A stretch of 64,000 bases of DNA from Leptonemataceae bacterium (GTDB lineage Bacteria; Spirochaetota; Leptospiria; Leptospirales; Leptonemataceae). The DNA lies in the NCBI GenBank assembly GCA_965227295.1, contig OZ245742.1, positions 3,296,001 to 3,360,000 on the forward strand, in the 5' to 3' direction. This document shows positions 9,293-19,180 of this stretch, in pieces; position 1 is the first letter of the stretch, and every line of letters starts with the position of its first letter. The translations under genes and the position numbers were made by a program. The notes under the pieces are model-generated. The model was not told the DNA's origin, made no database searches, and worked only from the letters and a program-made list of their open reading frames with translations.

Positions 9293-9673
9293 TCAATCTC
9301 GCGTATACCACCAGGCCCACAGGATCAACGGCAGTTGCAGAATCATGCGCACGATCAACGCCGTTGTGGAAATCTCCATGCCCGCGCCGCCGCTGGTGTA
9401 ATGATAGAGGTTCGCCGGAAACACCGCGATCAAGAGGGCCACGACGCCCCAGGCGGCGAGCTTGCGCGTCGCCGTCGGAATCAGGAGCACTCCGAGCGCA
9501 ATCTCAATCGCGCCGCTCAAATAGACCAACTCCAGGTGCCACGGCAGATACGGCGGCATAATCTTCATGTAAAAGTCGGGATTTACGAAGTGATTTACGC
9601 CGGCCGCCACGTAGAGCAGGGCCATGAGATACAGGAGCACGGTTTTGATCATGACGGCAGAAGACCCGGCCAC
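9293..9673 (-). CDS. DoxX/MauE-like membrane protein
   Basis: AGVNHF.NPDFY.KIMPPYLP, LVYLSGAIEI, AVFPANLY. Confidence 0.85.
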   Translation of the reverse strand: MAGSSAVMIKTVLLYLMALLYVAAGVNHFVNPDFYMKIMPPYLPWHLELVYLSGAIEIALGVLLIPTATRKLAAWGVVALLIAVFPANLYHYTSGGAGMEISTTALIVRMILQLPLILWAWWYTRD

Positions 9674-9790
9674 GATAACTTCGTCAAGTCGCCTGACTTT
9701 TTTGTAGTTTATGGTGCGCTGCTGTTGTGCGACGCAGGAGACATGTAGAGTCCTGTTCTTGCACGATTCTTACAAATCGTACGCATTTGA

Positions 9791-12700
9791 TTGACATTAA
9801 GGATCAGGCGGGCCGAATACCTTTCTATGAGTCTGAGCGGCTTCGAGTATCTCCAGCATCCGTATCTGAACTTCTTTTCTCTGGGAGCCCTGATCCCGGC
9901 CGTCTTTGTGGGGCTGCTTTCGCTCTTCCTGTTCACCATTCACAAAAAATCCAGCGCCACCTTCTGGCTGGCCCTGTCTTTTCTGTGGATGTTCATCTTC
10001 TACTTCCCGTATTTTCCGGCCGCCACGTTCTTCGATCCGTTCATGGCCTACCACCGCTGGTTCACGGTGCCGTTCGTGCTCATGGCCGGCCTGTCGTTTT
10101 CCCAGTTCTTCCTGCACTTTCCCGAGCGCTCGCACCCGCGCTTCGCCACGACGCTGCTCATCGTGGAACTCATCATCAGCGTAATCATTACGGCGTTCTT
10201 CTATATGAAGACGCTCACCGTGGATCGCATCTTTAAGTTCGACGGTCACTACTGGGACTTCGCCGCCGACGATATCTCCCGTACCACGGGCATCGTCATT
10301 CTGCTTTTGGTAGTACTTACCATCGGCCTGGGCGTGTGGCGCGGCATTACGCGCAAAGATGTGCGCTGGTCCGCGCTCGGTATGGCCCTGGCATTCACCG
10401 TGACCACCATCGTGCCGACGTTTACAAACATCCTCAGTCGGGACGGGGCGGTGGCCCGCGGCACGCACCAGGCCGTCATCAACTATTGCGTCATCCTGGG
10501 GTTCTTCGCTCTTGCGATCATCTATATCAACTCCACCCGGGATCGCACCACGTTCATGGCGAAGATCGTGGGGATCTCCCTGGCCGTCTTCCTGCTGGTC
10601 CTGCAGTCCGTGGGCTACCTCGTGCTGAACGATCGGGACTATGCCTACGACGAGGTGCAGCACCGCGAGGCGGAGCTGGTCGTTACGAAACCAAACTATC
10701 ATCCGGAGCATTTGCGCTACGTCGTCGCCTATGATTCCGAAAGCGCCGTCGAGGCCCGTAAACTGGACGCGGTCGGCAAACAGAGCGAGCAGGTCGGCGC
10801 GGGCACCGGGTTCCGCATGGTCTATGCGCGCGAGGGCGAAACGTTCTCCAACAAAGACTTCGAACACCTGCGCACGGAGTTCCGCAACGCGGCTATGCGC
10901 GGCAGAATCGCTAATATCCAGGCGACAGATCTTAATGAATTTCGCGGGAAGCTCGAAACCGTCCTGGCCACGGCACATCCGCAGTTTGCCGGTTACGCGG
11001 CCCTGCTGCGTTCCCTGGCCGAGGTCGAAGCCACGGAGGACACCGGGCTGAGTCCGGCTCGCGACGTCCTCGCCCGCGCCGACGCTCTGCACCGCCGGGT
11101 GCTGTGGACTTCGAACAAGATCCGCGGCATCGACGCCGGTCCGGAATTTGCGGACGCCGCGCGTGAGCGTCTGGCCGGCCTGTCCGGAGAGATGCAACCC
11201 TTCGCCGCGGCCCTGGATGCCGCCCTCACGAATCTCGTCGCCCGCGGCGCGGACGATGCGAGCATCAAGGCGAACCTTCTGGAGTATCTGCGGCCGTTCA
11301 AGCCCCTGGGCTCCCGGCACTTTCGCGGGATGGGGGCCGAGCGCGTTGCCGTCGGTGCCGCGGATGCATCGGGGGAGCGGGATTTCTTCGTCGGTTTTCA
11401 GATCGTCCGCGCCGGCACGGTCTACGAGATCGGCTTCTCGTACCTGGACTATCGGACCTTCGCCCATGAGGCCTCGGTGCGCATCTTCTGGCTGTTGCTC
11501 GGCGTGATTGTGATTGTACTGATCGGCTTTCGCATCTTCTTTCACGGCGCGTTGCTGTCCCCGCTGGACAACCTGCTCAAGGGCGTGCGTCGCGTAAACA
11601 GCGGCGACCTGGACGTGGAGCTGCCCATTAAGGTCGAGGACGAGATCGGTTTCATCTCGCACTCGTTTAACAGCATGGTCTCCTCCATTCGCGCGGCCAA
11701 GGCGCGACTCCAGGACTATGCCGATCACCTCGAAGAAAAAGTAAAGGAACGCACGGCGGAACTTAAGAATACCCTGGAAGAAGTACAACTCCTCAAGAAA
11801 CAACAGGACGGGGACTACTTTCTCACGTCGCTGCTCATCAAACCGCTGAACGCGAATCGTTCGGTCTCCCGGGCCGTGGCCACGGACTTTCTCGTGGAAC
11901 AAAAAAAGAAGTTCGAGTTTCGCGAACGCAAGTCGGAGATCGGCGGCGACATCTGCATGGTCGATCAGATCTCCCTCAAAGATAAAGAGTTCACCGTCTT
12001 CATGAACGCCGACGCCATGGGCAAATCCATGCAGGGTGCCGGCGGAGCGCTGGTTCTGGGTTCGGTCTTCGAATCCATTGTTACGCGGACGCAGTTGTCG
12101 CCGGACGCGCGCAGCATCTATCCGGAGCGCTGGTTGAAGAACGCCTTCGTGGAACTGCACAAAATCTTCGAGTCCTTTGACGGCAGCATGCTCATCTCGC
12201 TGGTCATGGGCCTGGTGGACGAACACACGGGTTTCCTGTACTACATCAACGCCGAGCATCCGTTCACCGTCGTCTATCGAGACGGCCAGGCGGAGTTCAT
12301 CGAACGCGAGCTGTTGTTCCGTAAGCTCGGTACCTGCGGCATGGAGGGCATGGTCCACATCCCCACGTTCCGCCTGAATCCCGGCGACCTGCTCATTGCC
12401 GGCTCCGACGGTCGGGACGACATCGTCCTCGGCGTGGACGAGGTAAGCGGCGAACGCATCATCAACGAAGACGAAGAGAAGTTCCTGACGATCGTGCAGG
12501 AGGCCAACGGCGGACTGGAACGCATGCGAGAACTCTTGTTGTCCGAGGGCCAACTGAGCGACGACCTGTCGCTGTTGTCCGTGCGTTTCCTGGGTTCCAG
12601 GGATCCGGTGCCGGAGGACGACGAGGACACACTTCGCCTGGTGGAAACCGCGCGCGAGGCCTCGCAGATTCCCGCCTGGAAGGACGCGGTGATGTACCTG

Positions 12701-13102
12701 CGTCAGGCCCGCCTGCGCAATCCGCGTTCGCCCCTGGTGCTGCGCGAACTGGTCCAGGCCTCGTATCACCTGCACGATTTCAAGAGCGCCGGGGACCTGG
12801 GCCGCGAGTACCTGGAGCTGGCCCCCTGGGATGTGGAGGCCCTGTTCCTGGCGTCCCTGGCCTACAAACAAAACCGCGACTTCATCAACTCCGCCGATCT
12901 TTCCGAACGCCTGCGTTTGCGCGAACCCTGGAACGTGAAGAACCTGCTGCACCTGGCCGAGGTCTACATGCACGCCGGGAACCTCGATCGGGCCGGGTAC
13001 ATTCTCGGTCAGGCGCTTGAGCGCGAACCCTCCAACGAAACCGCGGCCAAGCTGCGGGAGCGCCTGGAAGCCCGCGGCAAGAAGTTAGCGGAAGTCGGTT
13101 AG
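9791..13102 (+). CDS. Multi-TM HAMP + SpoIIE/PP2C phosphatase + TPR protein
   Basis: About 7 N-terminal TM segments; HAMP (DEIGFISHSFNSM); QQDGDYFLTSLL, GGD, DAMGKS, GSDG, DDLSLL; C-terminal TPR-like helices; start uncertain. Confidence 0.9.
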   Translation: MTLRIRRAEYLSMSLSGFEYLQHPYLNFFSLGALIPAVFVGLLSLFLFTIHKKSSATFWLALSFLWMFIFYFPYFPAATFFDPFMAYHRWFTVPFVLMAGLSFSQFFLHFPERSHPRFATTLLIVELIISVIITAFFYMKTLTVDRIFKFDGHYWDFAADDISRTTGIVILLLVVLTIGLGVWRGITRKDVRWSALGMALAFTVTTIVPTFTNILSRDGAVARGTHQAVINYCVILGFFALAIIYINSTRDRTTFMAKIVGISLAVFLLVLQSVGYLVLNDRDYAYDEVQHREAELVVTKPNYHPEHLRYVVAYDSESAVEARKLDAVGKQSEQVGAGTGFRMVYAREGETFSNKDFEHLRTEFRNAAMRGRIANIQATDLNEFRGKLETVLATAHPQFAGYAALLRSLAEVEATEDTGLSPARDVLARADALHRRVLWTSNKIRGIDAGPEFADAARERLAGLSGEMQPFAAALDAALTNLVARGADDASIKANLLEYLRPFKPLGSRHFRGMGAERVAVGAADASGERDFFVGFQIVRAGTVYEIGFSYLDYRTFAHEASVRIFWLLLGVIVIVLIGFRIFFHGALLSPLDNLLKGVRRVNSGDLDVELPIKVEDEIGFISHSFNSMVSSIRAAKARLQDYADHLEEKVKERTAELKNTLEEVQLLKKQQDGDYFLTSLLIKPLNANRSVSRAVATDFLVEQKKKFEFRERKSEIGGDICMVDQISLKDKEFTVFMNADAMGKSMQGAGGALVLGSVFESIVTRTQLSPDARSIYPERWLKNAFVELHKIFESFDGSMLISLVMGLVDEHTGFLYYINAEHPFTVVYRDGQAEFIERELLFRKLGTCGMEGMVHIPTFRLNPGDLLIAGSDGRDDIVLGVDEVSGERIINEDEEKFLTIVQEANGGLERMRELLLSEGQLSDDLSLLSVRFLGSRDPVPEDDEDTLRLVETAREASQIPAWKDAVMYLRQARLRNPRSPLVLRELVQASYHLHDFKSAGDLGREYLELAPWDVEALFLASLAYKQNRDFINSADLSERLRLREPWNVKNLLHLAEVYMHAGNLDRAGYILGQALEREPSNETAAKLRERLEARGKKLAEVG

Positions 13103-13222
13103 TGTGATGCGGCGCGGTTGGATCTGCGCTTGCATGAGCCGACGTCTCGACGCTTTCTTCTGTGCCGTCCCTCGTTGATTTCGATTCCTAAATCAGCGGG
13201 CACGGAAGGTGCGTCGACGTAC

Positions 13223-13969
13223 TCATTCCGGGAACAGCAAGTCGCCCTGGGCCTGGATTTCGAAGTCCTCGCCCTCGCGAATCGTCCACGTGTCCTCCGC
13301 GTTTAAGATACGTTTATTGACAGCTAAGCCGTCGGCGGGCAGTCCATGAAAGCGTTTCGCGTACTTCACCGCCGCGTCCAGGGCCGTGCCGCTCCGGCGG
13401 GGCACCACCCGATTCAGAAAGCCCCACTCGTAGAGTTGCGCCGCGGTGAACCATTCGCCGGTCAGCATCATTTCTTTCGTGCGCGTAAGGCCGATCAAGC
13501 GCGTGATGCGCTTCGAACCCATGATCACGCCGATGGAAGCCTTCACCTCCGGCAGGCTGAACAGGGCCTTTTCGCCGGCGAAGCGCAGGTCGCAGCACGC
13601 CGTCATCACCATGCCGCCGCCGATGCAAAAGCCGCCGTCCACCGCGGCGATGATCGGTTTCTCGACGGCCTCCAGTTCGTCGAGGCACTCCTGCATACCG
13701 CGCAGTTCGTTTTCGTAGGTGGCTCGGTCGATGCTGCCGTCTTTCATGGATTCGATGATTCGCAGATCCATGCCGATGGAAAAGTGTTTGCCCGCGGCCC
13801 CGAGGACCACGGCGCGCACGTTTGTTTCGCCGGCCAGTTCGCGGCTCAGGTGACGCAGTTCATGGAGGACCTCGCGGTTCAGCATGTTTTGTGTATCGGG
13901 ACGGTTGAGTTGAACGAGGGCGGTGTGCTCGTCGCGCATTTCCAGGGACCAGTTGGTGGCGTAGGGCAT
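13223..13969 (-). CDS. Enoyl-CoA hydratase/isomerase family protein
   Basis: [35 protein letters not shown]. Confidence 0.9.
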   Translation of the reverse strand: MPYATNWSLEMRDEHTALVQLNRPDTQNMLNREVLHELRHLSRELAGETNVRAVVLGAAGKHFSIGMDLRIIESMKDGSIDRATYENELRGMQECLDELEAVEKPIIAAVDGGFCIGGGMVMTACCDLRFAGEKALFSLPEVKASIGVIMGSKRITRLIGLTRTKEMMLTGEWFTAAQLYEWGFLNRVVPRRSGTALDAAVKYAKRFHGLPADGLAVNKRILNAEDTWTIREGEDFEIQAQGDLLFPE

Positions 13970-14104
13970 GATGAAACGAACCGCATGCGACAGTGCGGGC
14001 AAGGAGAAAACGCCGGGGTATGCAGCGCTTTCGAGACGCCCGCAAGGAAAGGAAAGGCCCGGATAATTCCTTTTCACCCGCACGGTTTTTGGTACGCTGG
14101 CCTC

Positions 14105-14896
14105 GTGCTCGCGACTCGCATCATTCCGTGCCTCGACATCAAAGACGGGCGTGTGGTCAAAGGCGTAAACTTCGTCGACCTGCGCGACGCCGGGGACCCG
14201 GTGGACAACGCGCGTTTTTACGCCGAAGGCGGCGCCGATGAACTGTGCTTCCTGGACATAACGGCGAGTTCGGACAAACGTGAAATCGTGGCGAAGCTCG
14301 TCGAGCGCGTGGCGGACGAGATCTTCATTCCCTTCACCGTGGGCGGGGGCATTCGTACTGTGGACGACGTCAGTCGCATCTTACACGCCGGGGCCGATAA
14401 GGTGTCCATCAACACGGCAGCCTTCGAGAATCCGGAAGTGCTCTCGGACTCGGCGCGGCTCTTCGGTTCGCAGTGCATCGTTTGCGCCATCGACGCGCGG
14501 CGGGTGAAGCCGGGGGAAACCGGGCCGGACGGCAAAGCCCTGGACTTCGAGTTCGAGGTGTATCTCCACGGCGGGCGGACGCCCACCGGCCGCGATGCCG
14601 TGGCCTGGGCCCGGGAGGCGACGGAGCGCGGCGCCGGGGAGATTCTATTGACCAGTATGGACCGGGACGGTACGAACGCGGGCTACGATCTGGAGTTGAC
14701 GCGGGCGGTGCGTGGTGCCGTAACTGTGCCGGTGATTGCCAGCGGCGGGGCCGGGGGGCCGGAGCATTTGATCGAGGCCATCGAGAAATCCGGGGCGGAT
14801 GCCGTGCTCGCCGCATCGATCTTTCACTTTCGGGAATTCTCGATCGCCGGCGTGAAAGAGGCCCTGCGCGAGCGGGGCGTGCCGGTGCGGCTGTAA
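14105..14896 (+). CDS. hisF: Imidazole glycerol phosphate synthase cyclase subunit
   Basis: [45 protein letters not shown] start. Confidence 0.97.
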   Translation: MLATRIIPCLDIKDGRVVKGVNFVDLRDAGDPVDNARFYAEGGADELCFLDITASSDKREIVAKLVERVADEIFIPFTVGGGIRTVDDVSRILHAGADKVSINTAAFENPEVLSDSARLFGSQCIVCAIDARRVKPGETGPDGKALDFEFEVYLHGGRTPTGRDAVAWAREATERGAGEILLTSMDRDGTNAGYDLELTRAVRGAVTVPVIASGGAGGPEHLIEAIEKSGADAVLAASIFHFREFSIAGVKEALRERGVPVRL

Positions 14897-14907
14897 TTGT
14901 AAACGTT

Positions 14908-15186
14908 ATGAACTTCTTAACTCAACTCGAACGACTGTTAAACGATCGCCGGGATCGCCTCCCGGAACAAAGCTATACCGCGAACCTCTTTCGCGACGGC
15001 GTCGACCGCATCCTGAAAAAGATCGGTGAGGAGGCCGGCGAGGTCATCATCGCCGCGAAGAACCGGGATCGGGCGGAGCTGGTCCACGAAGCGGCGGATC
15101 TGTTGTTTCACTTACAGGTCTTGCTGGTGAACGAGGATCTTTCGATCGATGACGTCGTCAAAGAATTGGAACAGCGTCATCGTTGA
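14908..15186 (+). CDS. hisE: Phosphoribosyl-ATP diphosphatase
   Basis: [31 protein letters not shown]. Confidence 0.95.
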   Translation: MNFLTQLERLLNDRRDRLPEQSYTANLFRDGVDRILKKIGEEAGEVIIAAKNRDRAELVHEAADLLFHLQVLLVNEDLSIDDVVKELEQRHR

Positions 15187-15223
15187 TTCGTACTCAAGTT
15201 CCTGTGAACCAAAAGGATTATAT

Positions 15224-16168
15224 ATGAAAACTAAGGTCGTAATCATTTCACTTGTGGCAGCCCTCGCGCACTGCGTCAGCGCTTCGAAGTACGAGGAGCT
15301 GGAGAAACAATACCAGGCATCCCAGGAGACCGTCGCCGAGAAAGATCAAGAGATCACCTCGTTGAACGAGTCGCTCGTCACCACGCAAAAAGAACGGGAC
15401 ACGCTCAGCGAAGAAAAGGCCGCGCTGGAGAAACGGCTCCAGGAACTGGAAGCGCAGCTCAAGAAAACCGAGGGCGAACTGGCCGGCGTAAAACAGGAGC
15501 GCTCGAAACTCTCGTCGGAAAATCAATCGTTGTCGACGAAGCTTTCGGACCGGGAAAAACAACTCAAGTCGGAGCTGGACTCGCTTAAGAAAGAAATCGC
15601 CGCGCTGCAATCGAAGCAGGCCGTAAGCCGCGATGCCGGCACGAACCAGAAGGAAGTCGCAGCGGCCGAGGAATCCTACAAAGCCCTGGTCGATTCCCTG
15701 GCAAAAGAATTGAAACAGGGCGACATCAGCATCGCCCGCGTGGAGAATCAGATCCACGTTACCGTGGACGAGCGCGTCTTTTTTGATTCGGGCAGTGCGC
15801 TGTTGCGTGTCGACGCCCGGGACGTCCTGCGGCGCATTGCCGGGGTCCTCGGCAAGCTCGAGAACAAAGTCGTCTTCGTCGAAGGACACACCGACGATCG
15901 GGAGATCGGCCGGAACCTGCGTTCGCGCTATCCGACCAACTGGGAACTGGGCTCGGCCCGCGCCGTGACCGTGGTGCGTTTCCTGGTGGAAGAGGGCAGC
16001 ATGGATCCGTCGCGCCTGGCGGCGGTTTCGCTGTCGCGCTGGCACCCCGTGGCCTCCAACGAAACCGCCGAGGGACGGCAGAAGAACCGGCGCATTGAAA
16101 TTATGATCGTCGAAAAACGCGACGAAGCCGAGGCCGGCCCGTCAGGCGAACCGGCGGCGGGCCAGTAG
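15224..16168 (+). CDS. MotB/OmpA-like lipoprotein with coiled coil
   Basis: Lipobox-like LAHC; long coiled coil; FFDSGSA, VEGHTDD, NWELGSARA, KNRRIEI. Confidence 0.88.
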   Translation: MKTKVVIISLVAALAHCVSASKYEELEKQYQASQETVAEKDQEITSLNESLVTTQKERDTLSEEKAALEKRLQELEAQLKKTEGELAGVKQERSKLSSENQSLSTKLSDREKQLKSELDSLKKEIAALQSKQAVSRDAGTNQKEVAAAEESYKALVDSLAKELKQGDISIARVENQIHVTVDERVFFDSGSALLRVDARDVLRRIAGVLGKLENKVVFVEGHTDDREIGRNLRSRYPTNWELGSARAVTVVRFLVEEGSMDPSRLAAVSLSRWHPVASNETAEGRQKNRRIEIMIVEKRDEAEAGPSGEPAAGQ

Positions 16169-16169
16169 A

Positions 16170-16544
16170 ATGTGTAAGTTGCAAAAAAAGTATGTTAGCG
16201 TGTTTGTGCTCGGCTGCCTTTTGAGCAGCAGCGCTGTCTTCAGTGCCTCGGCGGTGGCCTGGAGCGAGGAGGCCTACGGCTTCGCGTTCAATCTGAAGAC
16301 CGTCGAAGAAGCCGAGGCCCTGGCGAAAGAACGCGCGAAAAAGAACGGCGGTGAGAACATCGAGATCCTTGCGTCCTCGGACATCGTCGGCTACGGTGCC
16401 ATCGCCGTGGACGGCAACATCATCGGCGTGACGTTGGGTTATCCGGATCTGCGCACGGCCATGACCCGCGCGAAACAGGAATGCGTGAAAAAAGGCGGCC
16501 GCTTCCCGCGCGTCGTCGCCACCTGGCACGATCGGGGTTACTGA
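16170..16544 (+). CDS. Secreted DUF4189-like protein
   Basis: Signal peptide followed by duplicated YG/AIA..A...C modules. Confidence 0.55.
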   Translation: MCKLQKKYVSVFVLGCLLSSSAVFSASAVAWSEEAYGFAFNLKTVEEAEALAKERAKKNGGENIEILASSDIVGYGAIAVDGNIIGVTLGYPDLRTAMTRAKQECVKKGGRFPRVVATWHDRGY

Positions 16545-16553
16545 GGGGTGTCT

Positions 16554-16727
16554 ACTCCGAGGACCGAGGTGCCGAGGGAAGAGGTGGAGGGTTGGGGTTG
16601 GGGTTTGGGTTCGTTGGTTTGCTCCGGTTTGGTTTTTCTTAAAGTCAAATAAACCCAACACGCATAACAAACAACCAGTCATCCGATGTCCCCTCCCAGA
16701 ATAACTCGGTCCCTCGATCCTCGGAGT
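16554..16727. repeat. REPIN-like inverted repeat pair, family C, copy 2
   Basis: ACTCCGAGGACCGAGGTGCCGAG at about 16554-16576 pairs imperfectly with CTCGGTCCCTCGATCCTCGGAGT at 16705-16727; lies between convergent genes. Confidence 0.75.
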
Positions 16728-16736
16728 CAAACCTCT

Positions 16737-18917
16737 TCAGGGCAGCAAATAATCCGTCCGCCTGCGTTCGCCGGGGTTCGGCTTTTCGTATACTTTCCGC
16801 GCATCGTCCGCGCCGGCTTTTTTCACGGCCGTTTCCAGGTCCTTGCGTTTTTCCGCCGGTAGACATCGAAGCGGTGCCTCCAGCTCTTCCAGATCGTCGC
16901 AGTCGAAGACGAACGGCGCGCCGCCGCCGGTGAACGTGGAGCCGAAGGCCATGGGCCCCGCCGGATCGATCCAGGGACCGGTGCGATCCCCCGCCGCCAC
17001 GGCCAGCCCGCCGGCTTTGCCGTAGTCCAGGTCCATGAGCGTGCGGGCGAAGGACAGGGCGTAACCCTGATCGATGTCGTCGCCCTCCTGGTAGTTTTCG
17101 AAGTCGCGATACGTTTCTTCGACTTTGTCGTTCAGATCGAGTTTGTAGATTTCCCCGTCGACGCTGTTGTAGATCCACTTCGTCTCGCCGGTGATGTAGC
17201 CGCGAAAGTCGTCCAGGCGCCAGACCCACAAAGGTGTGTTCAGTTGATATTTGGGGTCGAACAACGAACGCCCGTGCAGCGGAGAGCGGTAGCGGTAGCC
17301 GAGCATGTCGAAGACCGTGGGAAAGATGTCCAGCACCGTGCCGTACTTTAAGAACGCCGGATCGTTTTCCTGCTCTCGCCGCAGCCGGGAAAACGACGGA
17401 TGTCGGAAGACGATGGGTACTTTGACTTCTTCGTTGTAGATGCTGAACGAGTGCCGGAAAAAACCGCGCTCGCCGAAGCTCTCGCCGTGATCGGACATGA
17501 GAACAAACAGCGTGTTCCGGTCCAGGGCGCGCTTGCGGAACTCGTCCACCACGCGATCGGCGACGTGCAGGCCGTAGTCCACGCCGTTGCGATGCCGGCC
17601 CACGGCGAAACGATTTTCGTGGCGGTTGAATTTCTCGGGATGGGGATTGAAGTACGGATAGTGCGAGTTGGTCATCACCACCGTCAGCGAAAAGGGTTGT
17701 TTGCCGTCGCGGTGGCGATCGGCAATCTCCGCGGCCTCGTGGGCGAGGGCGATGTCGTCCAGGCCGAAATGAAACGACGCGTAGGGTTTGCCGGTGTCGG
17801 GGTTCTCTCGCGACGCGAAGTCCTTTTTTTCGGTGACGAACATGTTCAGCCGGTCGAGCAGGATGTTCTCGTCCTCGAACTCGGTGTGATCGGTATAAAT
17901 GAAGTAGTTCACGTAACCGCGTTTTTCCAGAAGTTTGGGCAGCGTCGGTTCCGCGTCCATGTTCTTGTACTTTTCTTCGAAGTCACGCTTGCTGTGCAGG
18001 CCGGTGAACAGGGAGAAGTGTGAGTTCGAAGAGTGCGGTACCGGAACGAAGGCGTGTTCGACGACCAGGGTTTCCGGTGCCTCCTCCGGGAAGTACTCGC
18101 TGATCTCCAGGTCGACGAAGGCCGAGCGCGCGCTTTCGAGGATGATGAACACCACGTTGGTATTTTCCGGGAGCGTAAAACCGAAGCGCCGCTCGAAGTA
18201 CGCGGCGGGTTCGTGCAACCGCGGCTGGAGTTCGTCGGCCGGCGGAAACGGTCCCGGTCCGTCCGGTAATTCTATGACCGCTGTTTCGTGGGCCCGCGGG
18301 TTGATGCGGCCGGCTTCGCCGGGCAACGCGGCGGCGATGACGGGGCCGGCGAGGGCGGCACAGGCCACTCCGCCAAGGATAACGGGTTTGCCGGCGATAG
18401 CCGCCGCCTCGTCCAGACCGAGAAAACGTTTCACCAGCCAGGAGGACGCGGCGGCGAAAACGAAGAGCACTGCGAAAAAGGTCGTGATCCACCAGGGAAT
18501 CGCCGCCACGGTTACGCCGAATTCACCGGCGAGCATGTGCGGTAGTTCGGCGACGGCGTAGAGGGCCATGGCGGGATCGATGTCGATGCGCATGTAATGG
18601 AACATGGCCGTGCGCGCGAAGTGCCAGAAGACCAGGACGCTCGTGAGGACGGCGGCGGTGTTCCGGAAGATGCGGGCTTGCCCGGCCAGCAGGGCCGCGG
18701 CGCCACCGGCGTAGAGCAGGCCGGCGTATCCGGCCAGGGCCAGGAGCGGGCGCAGACCGTAAATTGCTTCCCCGCCCAGGCGCCGGGAAAGGCGGTTCCA
18801 GAAGGCGTCGGCGTCGCTTAGGTTGAACGCGGCAATCATTAAGACGTCGCCCAGGTAGGCGACGAAAACCAGGATGGTCCAGAAGAGTACGGCGCGGATC
18901 AGCGGATGCTTAACCAT
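16737..18917 (-). CDS. Membrane-anchored sulfatase / LTA-synthase-like protein
   Basis: N-terminal TM segments; NVVFIILES, SHYPY, LMSDHGESF, HSFSIYNEEVKVP. Confidence 0.85.
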   Translation of the reverse strand: MVKHPLIRAVLFWTILVFVAYLGDVLMIAAFNLSDADAFWNRLSRRLGGEAIYGLRPLLALAGYAGLLYAGGAAALLAGQARIFRNTAAVLTSVLVFWHFARTAMFHYMRIDIDPAMALYAVAELPHMLAGEFGVTVAAIPWWITTFFAVLFVFAAASSWLVKRFLGLDEAAAIAGKPVILGGVACAALAGPVIAAALPGEAGRINPRAHETAVIELPDGPGPFPPADELQPRLHEPAAYFERRFGFTLPENTNVVFIILESARSAFVDLEISEYFPEEAPETLVVEHAFVPVPHSSNSHFSLFTGLHSKRDFEEKYKNMDAEPTLPKLLEKRGYVNYFIYTDHTEFEDENILLDRLNMFVTEKKDFASRENPDTGKPYASFHFGLDDIALAHEAAEIADRHRDGKQPFSLTVVMTNSHYPYFNPHPEKFNRHENRFAVGRHRNGVDYGLHVADRVVDEFRKRALDRNTLFVLMSDHGESFGERGFFRHSFSIYNEEVKVPIVFRHPSFSRLRREQENDPAFLKYGTVLDIFPTVFDMLGYRYRSPLHGRSLFDPKYQLNTPLWVWRLDDFRGYITGETKWIYNSVDGEIYKLDLNDKVEETYRDFENYQEGDDIDQGYALSFARTLMDLDYGKAGGLAVAAGDRTGPWIDPAGPMAFGSTFTGGGAPFVFDCDDLEELEAPLRCLPAEKRKDLETAVKKAGADDARKVYEKPNPGERRRTDYLLP

Positions 18918-18963
18918 GGGAAACGATGGCGGGCACGCGGGGCCGTGTCGAGTATTAAAACTC

Positions 18964-19100
18964 TTGAGGGGGTAGCGGAGGACCGAAAGTGACCCGGCAG
19001 CGCTGCCCGGAGGGTGGCGCGGTCGCCGCAGGCGAGCCGGGGCACGGTTTCGCGCGTAGCGCGAAATTCGGGCCGGAGCGAGGGGGAGCGCAGCTCCCCC
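18964..19100 (+). repeat. Structured intergenic repeat, family B, copy 1
   Basis: TTGAGGGGGTAGCGGAGGACCGAAAG...GGGGGAGCGCAGCTCCCCC; collinear homologue at 46737-46870. Confidence 0.9.
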
Positions 19101-19180
19101 ATCCAAATGAATTTTTTGTCCGCCTGTTCCTTCCTCTGTTTCGCTTTACAGCTTTTTGGATGCGGAAAATCTTTTGTTTC

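Noticed and set aside
9797..12973. 1058-aa minus-strand ORF and similar long antisense ORFs (2275-3819, 4471-5475, 40360-41448, 55362-56471)
   Set aside because: They mirror well-supported genes on the other strand, as expected from high-GC codon bias.
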